Of a stretch of 64,000 bases of DNA, positions 1-12,916 are shown piece after piece (within the stretch, counting starts at the first letter, position 1; each line of letters begins with the position of its first letter). The stretch comes from Octopus sinensis. Taxonomy: Eukaryota. The stretch is from positions 62,001 to 126,000 of the forward strand of contig NC_043000.1 in NCBI RefSeq assembly GCF_006345805.1, given 5' to 3'. A model generated the notes under the pieces. The model was not told the DNA's origin and made no database searches. It saw only the letters and a list, made by a program, of their open reading frames with translations. The translations under genes were made by a program, and so were the position numbers.

Positions 1-276
1 TCAGTGTTATTTATTTTTTACATTAATCTTAATCTTATTTCGGCCAGAGTTCTTTCGTCACACTCCTGTGACCGCATCAGTGGTCCTTTGTTTTCTTCTT
101 TCTTATTTGTGTCTCTCCTTACTAACCGTCAAAATACAAAATGGCTGACGGTTAGTAAGGAGAGACACAAATAAGAAAGAAGAAAACAAAGGACCACTGA
201 TGCGGTCACAGGAGTGTGACGAAAGAACTCTGGCCGAAATAGGATTAAAATTAATGTAAAAAGTAAATAACACTGA
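1..276. repeat. Long inverted repeat (arms 1-131 and 146-276, 14-nt spacer) with a hammerhead-like motif in each arm; probable Penelope-type inverted pLTR
   Basis: Arms are reverse complements with few mismatches (TCAGTGTTATTT... / ...AAATAACACTGA). The left arm may continue beyond the window start. Confidence 0.9.
191..235 (+). ncRNA. Variant minimal type I hammerhead-like motif (mirror copy on the - strand at 42-86)
   Basis: GGACCA-CTGATGC-G-GTCACA ggag TGTGAC-GAAA-G aa C-TC^-TGGCC. Stem II is a perfect 6 bp. The core deviates (A9->C plus an extra G). Confidence 0.55.
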
Positions 277-361
277 AGCAAAACAACACCAAATATATAG
301 TGCGTGTGTTTTTATTGGCTAAACTGGCAAAATGACCATTCCGAAATATAACAATATAACA

Positions 362-395
<34 letters not shown>

Positions 396-396
396 C

Positions 397-1913
397 CAGA
401 AACACACTAATAGCTTAGGAGTAAAATTTAGGATTTCTCACTTTTCTCTGAATCGATTTTGATAAAACTCTTCCCACCTGGTTTGCACACTTTGGCAACA
501 CCATTGTTATGTTTTAATTATTCTATGTAACGTCCTTTCTCTTTTGTTTTATTTTAGATTATTCAGTTTTTGGGTGAATCAGGCTAATAGCGTCTTTCCT
601 CTCCAAGAACAATGGGTCATGGAAAAGGCCTTAACGATGAAAAGTCTGTCATCAACAAGAAAAGTGCTTAATGCACTACTCCATGTCATTGCATAGAAGT
701 TAGACCGTCGTGTGGACACGGTTAGACGATTCCTAAAGGACCCTTCGCCAAGAAAGAAACGATCCGATTGTGGAACCTCCAAGACTGTGACAGCTAGGGA
801 TTGAACGAATATTGACCGCAAGTTACGTGAGAGACCTGGACAAACAAGTAAAGCCATTTTCACCGCCTCCGAACTTCCTTATATACCGAATACCACCGGA
901 AATTGCATCCTCAGAACCATGACTTCCGTGCGGGAACCCTTGATACTGCCTCTTTAACGCCTCGTCACAGGAGTTTGAGGCTTCAATGGCCCCAAAATTA
1001 TATGAAGTTAGGCATGATTTGTGTTCTGTTCACTGACGAAACCAGGGTGAGCCTTGTCGGACTTGACGGTTGGGCAAATGGTTGGGTCTATTTTGGAGAT
1101 GAGCGTCACCAACGTTTACGACAACAACAGCGGGGGGGGGGGGGGGGTCAAGTTGTGAGCTGGTATCATTGGGAACAGACTTGTTGGCCCAGACAGGGTG
1201 TCTGAAGGGGTTAAAGTGACCGCAGCCGCCTAATGCAATCTCCTGCAGGAAGTCTTAAATCCTTGGCTAAATGACATACCATTGTCACTTCTAAAGAATC
1301 TGGTATTTATGCATGACAACGCTCCCCATCCCCAAATATTGCTAGGATCTTATAGCATAAAAGGTGAAAGGTTGATGGTGTGGCCGCCAGCATCTCCGGA
1401 TCTCAACCGTATAGAAAACATTTGGTCCATTATTAAACAATTTACGCCAATTTACGCCGAAAGATGTTTTATGGGCGACCATCAAAGCTGCAGCAGAGGC
1501 AATCCAGCCTGCTAATATAAAGAAATTGACAGATTCTATAACTAATAGGGTTTTTGAAGTTATCTGTTGAAATGGCGCTCATTTGACTAAATAATTCATT
1601 ATGTCAATAAATGTTACAATATGATTATGGTTTTCTGTTAAATATATACTCAATGTATGTTTAATATGTATCATTACCCTTCATTTTCTGGAAAAATGTC
1701 TAGATGGGCTATTTTTATTCAATAGCTATTAGCGTGGTTTATCCAAAGCTGAAGAATCTGAAATAAAAAAGAAAGGACGTTACACAGAATAATGGAAACA
1801 TAACAATGGTGTTGCCATAGTGTGCAAACTAGCTGGGAAAAGTTTTATCAAAATCGATTCAGAGAAAACCGAGAAATCCTAAATTTCACTCCTAAAATAT
1901 TAGCGTAGTTCCG
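397..1913 (+). mobile_element. Tc1-like DNA transposon with ~190-bp terminal inverted repeats (397-591 / ~1725-1913), decayed; probably TRT (DD37E) type
   Basis: Long imperfect TIRs seen directly, with TA after the right end. The internal transposase remnants include the 'FTDETR.SL.GLDGW' motif, which resembles TRT-family transposases (inference). Confidence 0.9.
612..1594 (+). pseudogene. Tc1-family transposase pseudogene (stops and frameshifts)
   Basis: Across frames: LDRRVDTVRRFLKDPSPRKKRSD (HTH/linker), VLFTDETR, FMHDNAP, WPPASPDLNRIENIWSIIK. Confidence 0.9.
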
Positions 1914-1928
1914 TATATATATATATAT

Positions 1929-1996
<68 letters not shown>

Positions 1997-2149
1997 GTTC
2001 AGTGCAACTATTCAGTAACTAGCTTGGACATGCACCAAGTTGAACTCTGCAAAACAAACAAAGCTTTCAGGTCTACAAGGTTCTTTTACAATTACAAATG
2101 AGCACAAACATAGACTAATCTAAATAAGCAAACTTGTGCGCGCAGCCTT

Positions 2150-2214
<65 letters not shown>

Positions 2215-2318
2215 TGCACACATACATACGTACATACATACATACATGCCCACACACACATAAAAACAGTCACACACATATATATGTATATATGCGTATG
2301 TATGAATGTATGTGTGAG

Positions 2319-2850
2319 AGTGCGTGGCCCAGTGGTTAGGCTGACGCAATTGTGACCGGGCGTTGCGTTGTGCACTTGAGCAAGACACTTCATTTCACAT
2401 TGTTGTTGTCCTATCGCGTTCAGGAGCAATATTGTCATCTCGATTAGTCATTTTTTTTTATTTATCTATGCGCCCTTTTCAAGCTTGGCCAGATTCATGG
2501 GACCGGGTTCCCTGTTTCTGTGGTGTATGTGTCTCCACCATCTAGCTGGGCGAGACGCCAGCCCATCGCAGCGTTACTCAAGAAACATGAAGAAAGAGTG
2601 AGAGAAAGTTGGGGCGAAAGAGTACGACAAGGTTCGCCATCACCCCTTGCCGGAGACTCGTGAGAGCTTTAGGTGTTTTCGCTCAATAAACACACACAAC
2701 GTCCGATCTAGGAATCGAAACCGCGATACTCCGACCGTGAGTCCTAACCACTGGACCATTGCGCCTCCAATCGATTACTTATACGCTATAGAAACCGGTT
2801 AACCAGCATTATGAGTTCTAGTACTCGAGAGAGTATCTGATTTACTTTCA
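2319..2850 (+). mobile_element. CORE-type tRNA SINE (+) interrupted by a tRNA-Arg-like SINE on the - strand (~2455-2769)
   Basis: Head GTGGCCCAGTGGTTAGG and core CTTGAGCAAGACACTT. The inner element matches 60714-61020 in reverse, and a TCGATTA duplication flanks it. Confidence 0.65.
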
Positions 2851-3080
2851 TGTATGTAAATGTATATAGAAAACCAAACATATTCGTATAACAGTGGAGA
2901 ATTTAGGGAGATTTTTTTCAGTTGAAAGTATAATGGAAATGAGTACAAATTTCGCATTCTTTAAAGGAAGTTCCACTCAAAAATCGTAAGGGCGAGGACT
3001 CAGATAATTTTCATTATCCAAAAGTTGGATGCATAGAAGGCCTGATGGAGCAATGAACTTCGAAAGAAAATATGCCCATT

Positions 3081-3440
3081 GGCGTAGGCGTGGCTGTGTG
3101 GTAAGAAGCTTGCTTCTCAAGCACATGATTCCGAGTTCAGTCCGACTGCGTGGCACCTTCGGCATGTGTCTTTTAGTATAGCATCGAGCCAACCACAGCC
3201 TTTTGACGGAGGAAGACTGAAAGAAACCTGTCGTATATGTGTGTGTGAGCGTGTGTGTCTGTGTGTCTGTGTTTGCTCCCACCATCCTTGACATCTGATG
3301 TTGGTGTGTTAACGTCTCTGTAACTTCACAGTTCGGCAAAAGACACGGATAGAATAAGTCTTAGGATCGATTTCTTTGATTAAAAACATTATAAAGCGGT
3401 GCTCCAGCACGGCTACAGTCAAATAATTAAAAGAATAAAG
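3081..3440 (+). mobile_element. SINE family B (CORE-like; GGCGCAGGAGTGGCTGTGTGG head, internal (TA/TG)n)
   Basis: Matches the consensus shared by many copies in the window. Confidence 0.8.
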
Positions 3441-3656
3441 GAATGTGATTACGTTAAATACTATAACCAATGGACTGCTGTAGTATTTTCTTTTCTTTGA
3501 TAATGCTTTGCTAAGGGGATCCAGTAATACCGAAATGAGTTTAAAAAGTAATGTTTTATCCATTGCTGTTAAGGATAATGGCAAAAGGGAATGCGAAATT
3601 GTAGTTTGGGGAACGAAACTGTGCAATCAGCACTAACAGATATATGCATATATATA

Positions 3657-3828
3657 GGCGCAATAGTGGCTGTGTGGTAAGTAGCTTGCTAACCAACCAC
3701 ATGGTTTCGGGTTCAGTCCCGCTGCGTGGCATCTTGAGCAAGTGGTCTTCTGATATAGCCCCGGCCGACCGACCATCTTGTGAGTGGATTTGGTAGACGG
3801 AAACTGAAAGAAGCCTGTCGTATATATG

Positions 3829-3861
<33 letters not shown>

Positions 3862-4077
3862 TTGTGTGTCTGTGTTTGTCCCCCTAGCATTGCTTGACAG
3901 CCGATGCTGGTGTGTTTACGTCTCCGTCATTTAGCGGTTCGGCAAAAGAGACCGATAGAATAAGTACTGGGCTTACAAAGAATAAGTCCCGGGGTCGATT
4001 TGCTCGACTAAAGGCGGTGCTCCAGCATGGCCGCAGTCATATGACTGAAACAAGTAAAAAAGAGTAAAAAAAAAGAG
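3657..4077 (+). mobile_element. SINE family B, full length
   Basis: A/B-box head, CTTGAGCAAGTG core, GAGTAAAA tail repeats. Confidence 0.9.
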
Positions 4078-4124
4078 AATATGTACCATTTTTATTACTG
4101 TATCGACAAGATTAGCAGATATTC

Positions 4125-4336
4125 TTTTCTATTCTAGGCAAAAAGCCCGAAATATTTGGGGAGGGGGCCAGTCAATTAGATTGACTCCAGTACGCAACTG
4201 GTACTTAATTTATTGACCCTGAAAGGATAAAAAGCAAAGTCGACCTCGGCGGAATTTGAACTCAGAACGTAAAGACAGACGAAATACCGCTAAGCAATTT
4301 GCACGGCGTGCTAACGTTTCTGCCAGCTCACCACCT
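4125..4336 (-). mobile_element. SINE family A (tRNA head GGCGGCGAGCTGGCAGAA; central GCCTTTCATCCTTTCGGGGTCGATAAA domain)
   Basis: Reverse-complement match to the repeated family A consensus. Confidence 0.85.
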
Positions 4337-4771
4337 TTGGAGATTTTTATACACCACTAACCACGATGCATATTGCGGCTTTCAAATGATGTTACCCAGT
4401 TGCCTAGGCAGGCAGGCAGGCAGGCAGCAGGTCAACATCCCCTGTGATAGAAAAGTCGCTCTGTGGCATGGCAGGATTAACTGTTTACAGGATAATTACC
4501 TGGGGCAACCTGAAATGAAGTACTTTGCTGAAGGACAAATCATATTGCTGGTTCGGGAACCGAAACAAGGAAATTCCGATCTTAAGGGCAGCAATTAGCA
4601 GCTGGACTAGACACCTTCACATTTGCCTACGGACATACACAGGCACACACACACACACATGCACACAAACACACACAACACACACACACACACACTTACA
4701 CGTACACACAGACGCGCATATATATATACATTTACGCATGTATGTGAGTGTGTATATATATATACATATAA

Positions 4772-5019
4772 TAAAATATTAGGGAATAAATCCAAACTTA
4801 CAGGGAAAAATCAGATTTAGGATTGAATCCAATTTTGTAGTAAATATTATATTATATTAAATTAGAGACAAAACCACTATTAGGCAAATCATACAATGAA
4901 AAACTTAAGCCAATACATAAGATTAATTAATTTATATTATTTAAATATATATCAAAATTATTAAAAAAGATAATTAATATAACACTACGATCGTTTCATG
5001 GGTGTTCATTCTTCAATTC
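4772..5019 (-). mobile_element. AT-rich hammerhead-associated element truncated by the assembly gap; related to 53774-54300
   Basis: Shares TTTTTCCCTGTAAGTTTGGA..ATTCCCT with 54260-54292. The - strand reads GAAA-CGATCG-TA^-GTGTT at 4997-4981 (3' half of a hammerhead). Confidence 0.6.
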
Positions 5020-5119
5020 NNNNNNNNNNNNNNNNNNNNNNNNNNNNNNNNNNNNNNNNNNNNNNNNNNNNNNNNNNNNNNNNNNNNNNNNNNNNNNNNN
5101 NNNNNNNNNNNNNNNNNNN
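5020..5119. other. Assembly gap (100 N)
   Basis: Run of n. Confidence 1.
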
Positions 5120-5150
5120 TTAAATTAACTTATGGTACTCTCTCACCCGC

Positions 5151-5191
<41 letters not shown>

Positions 5192-5629
5192 GTTCGACTG
5201 CCTCTCTCTTTGTCTTTCTCTCTCTTTCGCCCTTTGTCTTATCGTTTATCAGTTCGTCATTCGGTTGTTTTCAAAATTTTCTTTGTTATACTACACACAC
5301 ACACACACACATGCATACACACACATATAGACACATACAGAGACATACATATGCATACATATGCAATCATACATACAAACATATATATATAATACATATA
5401 TATATATATATATAGTATATATATATATATATATATATATACTTGTTTCAGTCATTTGACAGCAGCCATGCTGGAGCACCGCCTTTATCGAGCAATCGAC
5501 CCCGGGACTTATTCTTTTAAGCCCAGTAACTTATTCTATCGGTCTCTTTTGCAGAACCGCTAAGTGACGGGGACGTAAACACACCAGCATCGGTTGTCAA
5601 GCAATGCTAGGGGGACAAACAAGACACAC

Positions 5630-5686
5630 CCAAACACACACACACACACACACTATATATATATATACATATATATGACAGCCTTC

Positions 5687-5720
<34 letters not shown>

Positions 5721-5891
5721 TACACACCCACACATATATATATATATATATATATATACTCACGCCATACAAACACAAAAAGACACACCCATTTCTTGAA
5801 ACGTACATATAATATCACATGCTTGTACACACCAGCACCGACACGTGCACTCATACACATATATATACACGTATACTTACTCATGAAAAAA

Positions 5892-5953
<62 letters not shown>

Positions 5954-6235
5954 CACACATACACACACACACACACCATTTTCTTCGCTTGTTTACTTTC
6001 TTCCGTCTAATCGTTCAGTACTTTAATCGTGTGAAATTTAGCGACTAACATCAGTCTGTCTGTTTGTCTTGCCACTCTCTCCACCCCCACTAACTCACAA
6101 ACGCTTTATATACACATGCGTATTTTTGCGCGTACAGGTGTGTGTGTGTATGTGTGTGTATGTTTGTATACATACATACATATAAATAAGTACATACATA
6201 TAGATATATACATATAAATATATACATACATATAC

Positions 6236-6266
<31 letters not shown>

Positions 6267-6441
6267 TGTATACGCATCTGTGTGTAGATATGTGTGTGTA
6301 TATATATATATGTGTATATACATGTATATATGTATATGTTTGCATATGTATATACATATATACATATATACATACACACACAAACATATATATATATATA
6401 TATTATATATTTACACACTCACACATTATATACATACATCT

Positions 6442-6503
<62 letters not shown>

Positions 6504-6530
6504 TATATATCTATATAATATATATATATA
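5630..6530. repeat. Compound (CA)n/(TA)n microsatellite field
   Basis: Direct inspection. Confidence 0.9.
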
Positions 6531-6786
6531 TGCGTGCGCACGTGGTGTATATAGGTGTACGTAAGTGATGTTACGCATTCATTTTCTGTAGGTTATGTAT
6601 ATACATATGTAGGTACGTTTGGCAATGCACACAGCCTATTTATCTTACCTTAAATACTGTTACAAAGTCCAATATTTACCTGAACAAACTTACACGTTTC
6701 AGCATCATTGTATTCAGTTTTATTATTTGCGTTCATCCCCTATACATAGGGAAAGATTAATAGTTATGGAACCCTTAGAGCATTCT

Positions 6787-7000
6787 TTTCTACTCTAACT
6801 ACAAGGCCCGAAATTTGGAGGCAGGGGGGCCAGTCGGTTATATCGACCCCAGTGCGTAACTGGTACTTAATTTATCGACCCCCGAAAGGATGAAAGGAAA
6901 AGTCGACCTCGGCGGAATTTGAATTCAGACCATAAATTCAGAGCGAAATATCGCGAAGCATTTCGCCCGGCGTGCTAACGTTTCTGCCAGCTCGCCGCCT
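6787..7000 (-). mobile_element. SINE family A with ~15-bp target-site duplication
   Basis: CCCTTAGAGCATTCT at 6772-6786 and CCCTTTAAGCATTCT at 7004-7018. Confidence 0.85.
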
Positions 7001-7028
7001 TATCCCTTTAAGCATTCTAAGGGGCCAC

Positions 7029-7258
7029 AAGGCAGCGAGCTGTCAGAAACATTAGCACGCCTGGCGAAATGCTTAGCAGCATTTCGTCTGTCATTGGGCT
7101 CTGAATTCAAATTCCGAACAATCAGTCCCACTGCGTGGCACCTTGGGCAAATGTCTTCTACTATAGCCTCGGGCCGACCAAAGCCTTGTGAGTGTGTTTG
7201 GTAGACGGAAACTGAAAGAAGCCCTTCGTATATATGTATATATATGTGTGTGTATGTG

Positions 7259-7304
<46 letters not shown>

Positions 7305-7495
7305 CTTTGCTTATCTCCCAACATCGCTTGACAACCGATGCTGGTGTGTTTACGTCCCTGTAATTTAGCGGTTCGCCAAAAGAGACCGATAGAATAAGTA
7401 ATAGGCTTACAAAGAATAAGTTCTGGGATCGATTTGCTCGACTAAAGGCGGTGCTCCAACATGGCCACAGTCAAATAAAAGAGTAAAAGAGTAAT
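7029..7495 (+). mobile_element. SINE A 5' part fused to a 5'-truncated SINE B
   Basis: Family A head to ~7115, then family B body and tail. Confidence 0.75.
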
Positions 7496-8199
7496 ACTCT
7501 AACGATTTTCTCAGTTCTTAATAATTGGCCTTGTGCCGGTTTTCTTGGCGTATAGGTTCGTCGCAGGTGAGCTGCAAGATGCAGGAGGAAAGAGTGAGAG
7601 ATAGTTGTGACGAAACAGTCAGCAGAAGTTCACCATTACCTTCTGCGGGAGCCATGTGGAACCTAGATGCTTCGCTCATAAACACACACATCACCCGGTC
7701 TGAGATTCGAACCCACGATCCCTCACTTCGCCCGGCGCTCTAACGATTCTGTCTAATCGCCGCCTTATCAAATAATGGTTTCCGATTTTGGCACTGGGCC
7801 AAAACTTTGGGTAAGTCGATTACATCGTCCTCGTACTCAACTGGTACTTAATATATCGACCCCGTGTGTGTGCGTGTGTGTGTGTGAATGTGTTTGTGTG
7901 TCTGTGTTTGTCCCCCCACCATTGCTAGACAGCCGATGGTGGTGTGTTTACGTCACCGTATCTTAGCAGTTCGGCAAAAGAGAACCCATATAATAAGTAC
8001 TAAGTTTCAAAGTATAAGTCCTATGGTCGATTTGTTCGATGAAAATCGTTTCAATGCGGTGCTGCAGCATGGCCGCAGCCAAATACTTGAAACAAGTAAA
8101 AGATTTAAAACGCAAAAAAGTAACCTAGCTAATCGTTAAAAAGACGAGACCGTCACGGTTGGAACGAGTTTCGATCAGTTCGATTTTAAGGTTGGCTTC

Positions 8200-8247
8200 A
8201 TCACCACCACCTCCACCACCACAACCACCACCACCATCACCACCATC

Positions 8248-8322
<75 letters not shown>

Positions 8323-9062
8323 ATTTGCGTCGATGTTATCCGAAACCTTGGCCGCAATTACAAAGGGAACTATTCATTGACCAACCATACTGCCAGTCGT
8401 TTATCAGTCATCATACTTTAACCTTATATGTCACTCAAACACACTTGAAATGTGAATCATCACCATACGCCCCTTCACCCCCCTCCCCCGGCTCCTGCTC
8501 ATCGTCATTATCATCATCATCATCATCATCATTACCATTATCATTTTTCTTACCAGTATCACAAACGTGACTACGACGACGACTACGACGACGACTACGA
8601 CGATTACCACGACAACCACAACGACCACCGCCGCCGCCGCCGCCATTGTTCCATCATCATGACCAACAATAACTACACTGCTGCCAACGCCACCACTACC
8701 ACGATCTACGCCCTACCACCACCACCACTACCACGACCACCAATACCAATACCTCCATTGTCACTACTACTACTACTGCTCCTTCAACTGCCACTACTGC
8801 CGTCACTACTACTACCACCACCACCACCACCAATACTACATCCACCACAACTATCACAACCGCTCCCATCACTACCACTGTTAGTACGAACTCCAATAAC
8901 AACACCACGAACATCACCACCAAAGACACACTCCATGACGACCGCCACCACTTCCAACACTACCACTATCATCACCACCACCACCAACACCACTACATCT
9001 AACACCACCATCGCCACCACATCACCAAATGTCAACAGCAACAATATCAACAACAACAACAG
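8200..9062. repeat. Degenerate trinucleotide low-complexity region (CAC/TAC/CAT/GAC/CAA)
   Basis: Direct inspection. Confidence 0.9.
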
Positions 9063-9254
9063 TTAATATAACCCTTGACCTGTTTAATATTCCCAAAAAA
9101 CAATGCAGCTGGTCAGGTCTTATCATGTCAGGTTTCGACAGTCATTTGGAGCTAGAGTTGTTATGATTTGAGGGAAATTTGGCTGTTATTTCTAAATTGA
9201 TTAGCAATTTCTCAGAGACTTTTCTTGTCGTTTCGTTATTATTTTTGCTGTTGT

Positions 9255-9990
9255 TGTCTCTATGTTCTGAATTCATATTTCGCCGAGGCCAACTTTGCCT
9301 TTCATCCTTTTGGGGGTCGATAAATTAAGTACCAGTGAAACACTGGAGTCAATGTAATCAACTAAGCGAGTCGGAAAAAGCGCTAAGTGGCATTACATTC
9401 GGCTCTTTACTTTCTATGTTCAAATTCTGCCGACGTCGACTTTGCCTTTCAACATTTCGGTGTAGATAATATCAGTACCAGCCAAATACTGGGGTCGAGA
9501 TAATCGACTACCCTCTTTGCCCCAAATTTCAAGCCTTGTATCCATACTAAAAAGAATTATCATAGGAAGCGAGCTGGCAGAAACATTCGCAAGCCGGGCG
9601 AAATGCTTAGCGGTATTTCGTCTGCCGCTACGTTCTGGGTTCAAATTCCGCCGAGGTCGACTTTGCCTTTCATCCTTTCGCGATCGATAAATTAAGTACC
9701 AGTTACGCACTGGGGACAATGTAATCGACCTAATCCCTTTGTCTGTCTTTGTGCCTCTATGTTTAGCCCCTTGTGGGCAATAAAGAAATAAGAATCATTG
9801 GTACATCGGGAAAAATGTTCAGCAACATTTCGTCTGTCTTTAAGTTCTGATTTCAAATGCGGTTGTGGGCAACTTTGCTTTTAATCCCTTCGGTATCCAT
9901 AAGATAAATACCAGTTGAGCACTGAGGTCGCTGGAATCGACTTCCTCTTCTCCAAAATGTTAAGCCTTATAGCTATAGTAAAAAGGACAT
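9255..9990 (+). mobile_element. Cluster of ~4 head-to-tail SINE A copies, one with the Tx1-like tail (9565-9790)
   Basis: Repeated central domain; tail AGCCCCTTGTGGGCAATAAAGAAATA. Confidence 0.8.
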
Positions 9991-10015
9991 TATTATTGTC
10001 ATTATTCTTGTGGTG

Positions 10016-10314
10016 TGAAGGCGCTTGGCTTAGTGGTTAGGGCATTCGGCTCACGATTGTAACGTCGTGAGTTTGATTCCCGGCGACGCGTTGTGTCCTT
10101 GAGCAAGACACTTTATTTCACGTTGCTCCAGTATACTCAGGTGGAAAAATGAGTTGTACCTGTATTTCAAAATACGCTGAATCTCCCTGAGAACTACGAC
10201 AGGGGTACACGTGTCTGTGGAGTGCTCAACCACTTGCACGTTAATTTCACGAGCAAGCTGTTCCGTTGCTCGTATCAGCTGGGACCCTCGTCGTCGTAAC
10301 CGACGGAGTGCTCC
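10016..10314 (+). mobile_element. CORE-type tRNA SINE with 12-bp TSD
   Basis: ATTCTTGTGGTG at 10004-10015 and 10315-10326; core TGTGTCCTTGAGCAAGACACTT. Confidence 0.85.
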
Positions 10315-10899
10315 ATTCTTGTGGTGATGATCATGTTAAGCCTCAGAGCAGAATTGTGACCATATGTTCCCTGTCGTGACCTTCCATTTCATTCCTATGG
10401 CTATATTTGGTCTCTACTTCTAATATTTCATGCGTCCACGTCCCTAATATTGATAGAGCTGGCAGAATCGGTGAGAATACACAGCAGCATCTTTTCCAGT
10501 TCTTTATCTTCTGAATCCAAATTGCAGTGAAATCGACTTTGTTTTGCATCCGCCCGGGTTCGAAAAAATAAGTATCAGTCAAGTACTGGGATCGATCTAA
10601 TCGATCCTTCAGCCACTAAGATTGATAACCTCGTTCTAAAATTAGAGACCATTATTGATTGTCGTTGGTGATTGGTGTTGCTTTGCAGCTTTAAATGTGC
10701 CTTGATCGAGCAAACCTATGATTAAAGTCTTTCCAATGATGTGTTTATGTGTGTTTATGTGTGTGTGTGTGTGAGAGAGAGAGAAAGACAGAGATAGAGA
10801 GAGAGAGAAAGAGAAAGAGAGAGAGAGGTTACATTTGCAAATATGTTCTTCATAAGCAACAGAAGCGACACTACCATTTCATGCTTTGACGAGACGGCA

Positions 10900-11205
10900 A
10901 CGATATTAATGATGACGGTGATGATGATAACGACGACGACAATGGTAATGACGACGATGATGATGATGGTGACGACGACAATAATGATGATAATGATGAT
11001 GATGATGATAATGATGATGATGGTATAATGATGATGATGGGATAATGATGATGGTGGAACGATGACGTTGATGATGGTGACGGTGATGATGACAATGATA
11101 ATAGTGATACTGGCGACAAAGAAGAAGAAACGAAGAAGAAACAAGAAGAAGAAGAAGAGAAGAAGAAGAAGGAAAAAAGAAGAAGAAGAAGAAGAGAAGA
11201 AGAAA

Positions 11206-11246
<41 letters not shown>

Positions 11247-11355
11247 GCATAAGAGATAAGAAGAAGAATAAGAAGAAGAAGAAGAAGAAATGAAGAAGAA
11301 GAAGAGAAGAAGAAGAAGAAGAAGAAGAGAAGAAGAAGAAGAAGAAGAAGAAGAA
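10900..11355. repeat. (GAT)n/(GAA)n/(TAA)n low-complexity tract
   Basis: Direct inspection. Confidence 0.9.
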
Positions 11356-11554
11356 TTATGCTATTGATGAAGACTCCGTAAACATCCCACTTTTACTAAG
11401 GGTAGTGTTATTGCAGTCTACATTAGACCTTCTCGCCTTCCATCTTTAAGCACGCAGTGTATGATTCCAAGGCAATTTAGCTGCTGTGTTTAGCAGGTCC
11501 ATCATGCAGAGATTCTTCTGCGTCTTGCTGTTGATCTTAGCTGACTTTGCTGGG

Positions 11555-12560
11555 TGGTAAAATGGCAGAATCGTTAGAAAATTCAACAAAGCATCATGCG
11601 GTATTTACTTACGACTCTATACGTTCTGAGTTCAAATCCCATGAAAATCAACTTTGACTTTCATTCTTTCGAGGCCGATAAAATAAGGTACTGGTATCTT
11701 ATTTTAATGTATTAAATCCTGGAAGGCGGCGAGCTGGCAGAATCGTTAGCACGCCGAGCGAAATGCTTACAATATTTCGTCTGCCGGTATTTCGTTCTGA
11801 GTTCAAATTCCGCTGAGGTCGACTTTACCTTCCACCCCTTTCGGGGCTCGATTAAATAAGTGCCAATTACATAAAGGTGTCGATGTAATCGATTTAATCC
11901 CAATGTCTGTCCTTGCTTGTTCCCTGTATGTTTAACCCCCTGTGGGAAATAAAGAGATAACTATATTAAATACTGAGTCGATTTTATCGATTTACATCCA
12001 CCCATCAAAATTGCTGCTTTGGGGCTTAAATTAGAAACAGTATTTAGATTTGTTGATTGGCTGAATCGGTAGAAAGTCGGACAAAATGTCTTGCAGTCTT
12101 TATCTGCGTCTCTTTACATTCTGAGTTCAAATCTCGTGAAGATCAACGTTACCTCCTAACCTTTCCAAGGTCGATAACATGAAATACCAGTAATGCACTG
12201 GTGATTTATTTTGGTATTTTAAATGCCTCGGTTGTTGTAATCTACCCTAACCCCACGCTCATTACGGTATTCAGTTAAAGCTCTTTAGTTTTTGAGTTCA
12301 AATCCCGTGAAAAACCAAGGATACCTTTCACCCCACTAAAGTCGATAAAACGATATACCAGTTAAATACTGCTACTATATTTTAGCATTTTAAAAACTGG
12401 TGTCCATGGAATTTTCCATCCCTCTTCTTGCAAAACTTAATTTAAACTCTTTATGTTTCGACTTCAAATTCTGTGAAGATCAACGTTGAATTTCGAACTT
12501 ACCAGTTAAATACTGGTGTTTTATTTAAATATCTGAAATAACTGGGTTGATGTAATCAAT
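11555..12560 (+). mobile_element. Series of SINE A copies, increasingly decayed (best copy 11723-11960)
   Basis: Repeated GAGTTCAAAT B-box plus central domain. Confidence 0.7.
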
Positions 12561-12884
12561 TCATAATCTTACAGTACATAATTAAGTTCGTTCTTCAAAT
12601 CTCGAGGAACCTGTAAAATACCGGATCCATACGATTGTCTGCAATTTCTCATTAGCACATTCTCATCGCCACCAAAATGTATACACCTGTGTCTATGCTA
12701 AAAATTAGTATTGATCATCTATGTGTCCTAGGCAGTAATATACTCACTTCAAAATCCCTCATAATCATATATATTGTGTTGCGTCGATGCAAAGATAGTG
12801 AATTTTTAAACGTTTATCTTTCAACGGTGAAGTCCTCCAGTTCACCGTTAAATAAATATAAAACTATGTAGTGTGTGTATATGT

Positions 12885-12916
<32 letters not shown>

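Noticed and set aside
8452-9066. His/Pro/Thr-rich 204-aa ORF (similarly 27831-28583)
   Set aside because: Degenerate trinucleotide repeats open in several frames; no splice or domain evidence.
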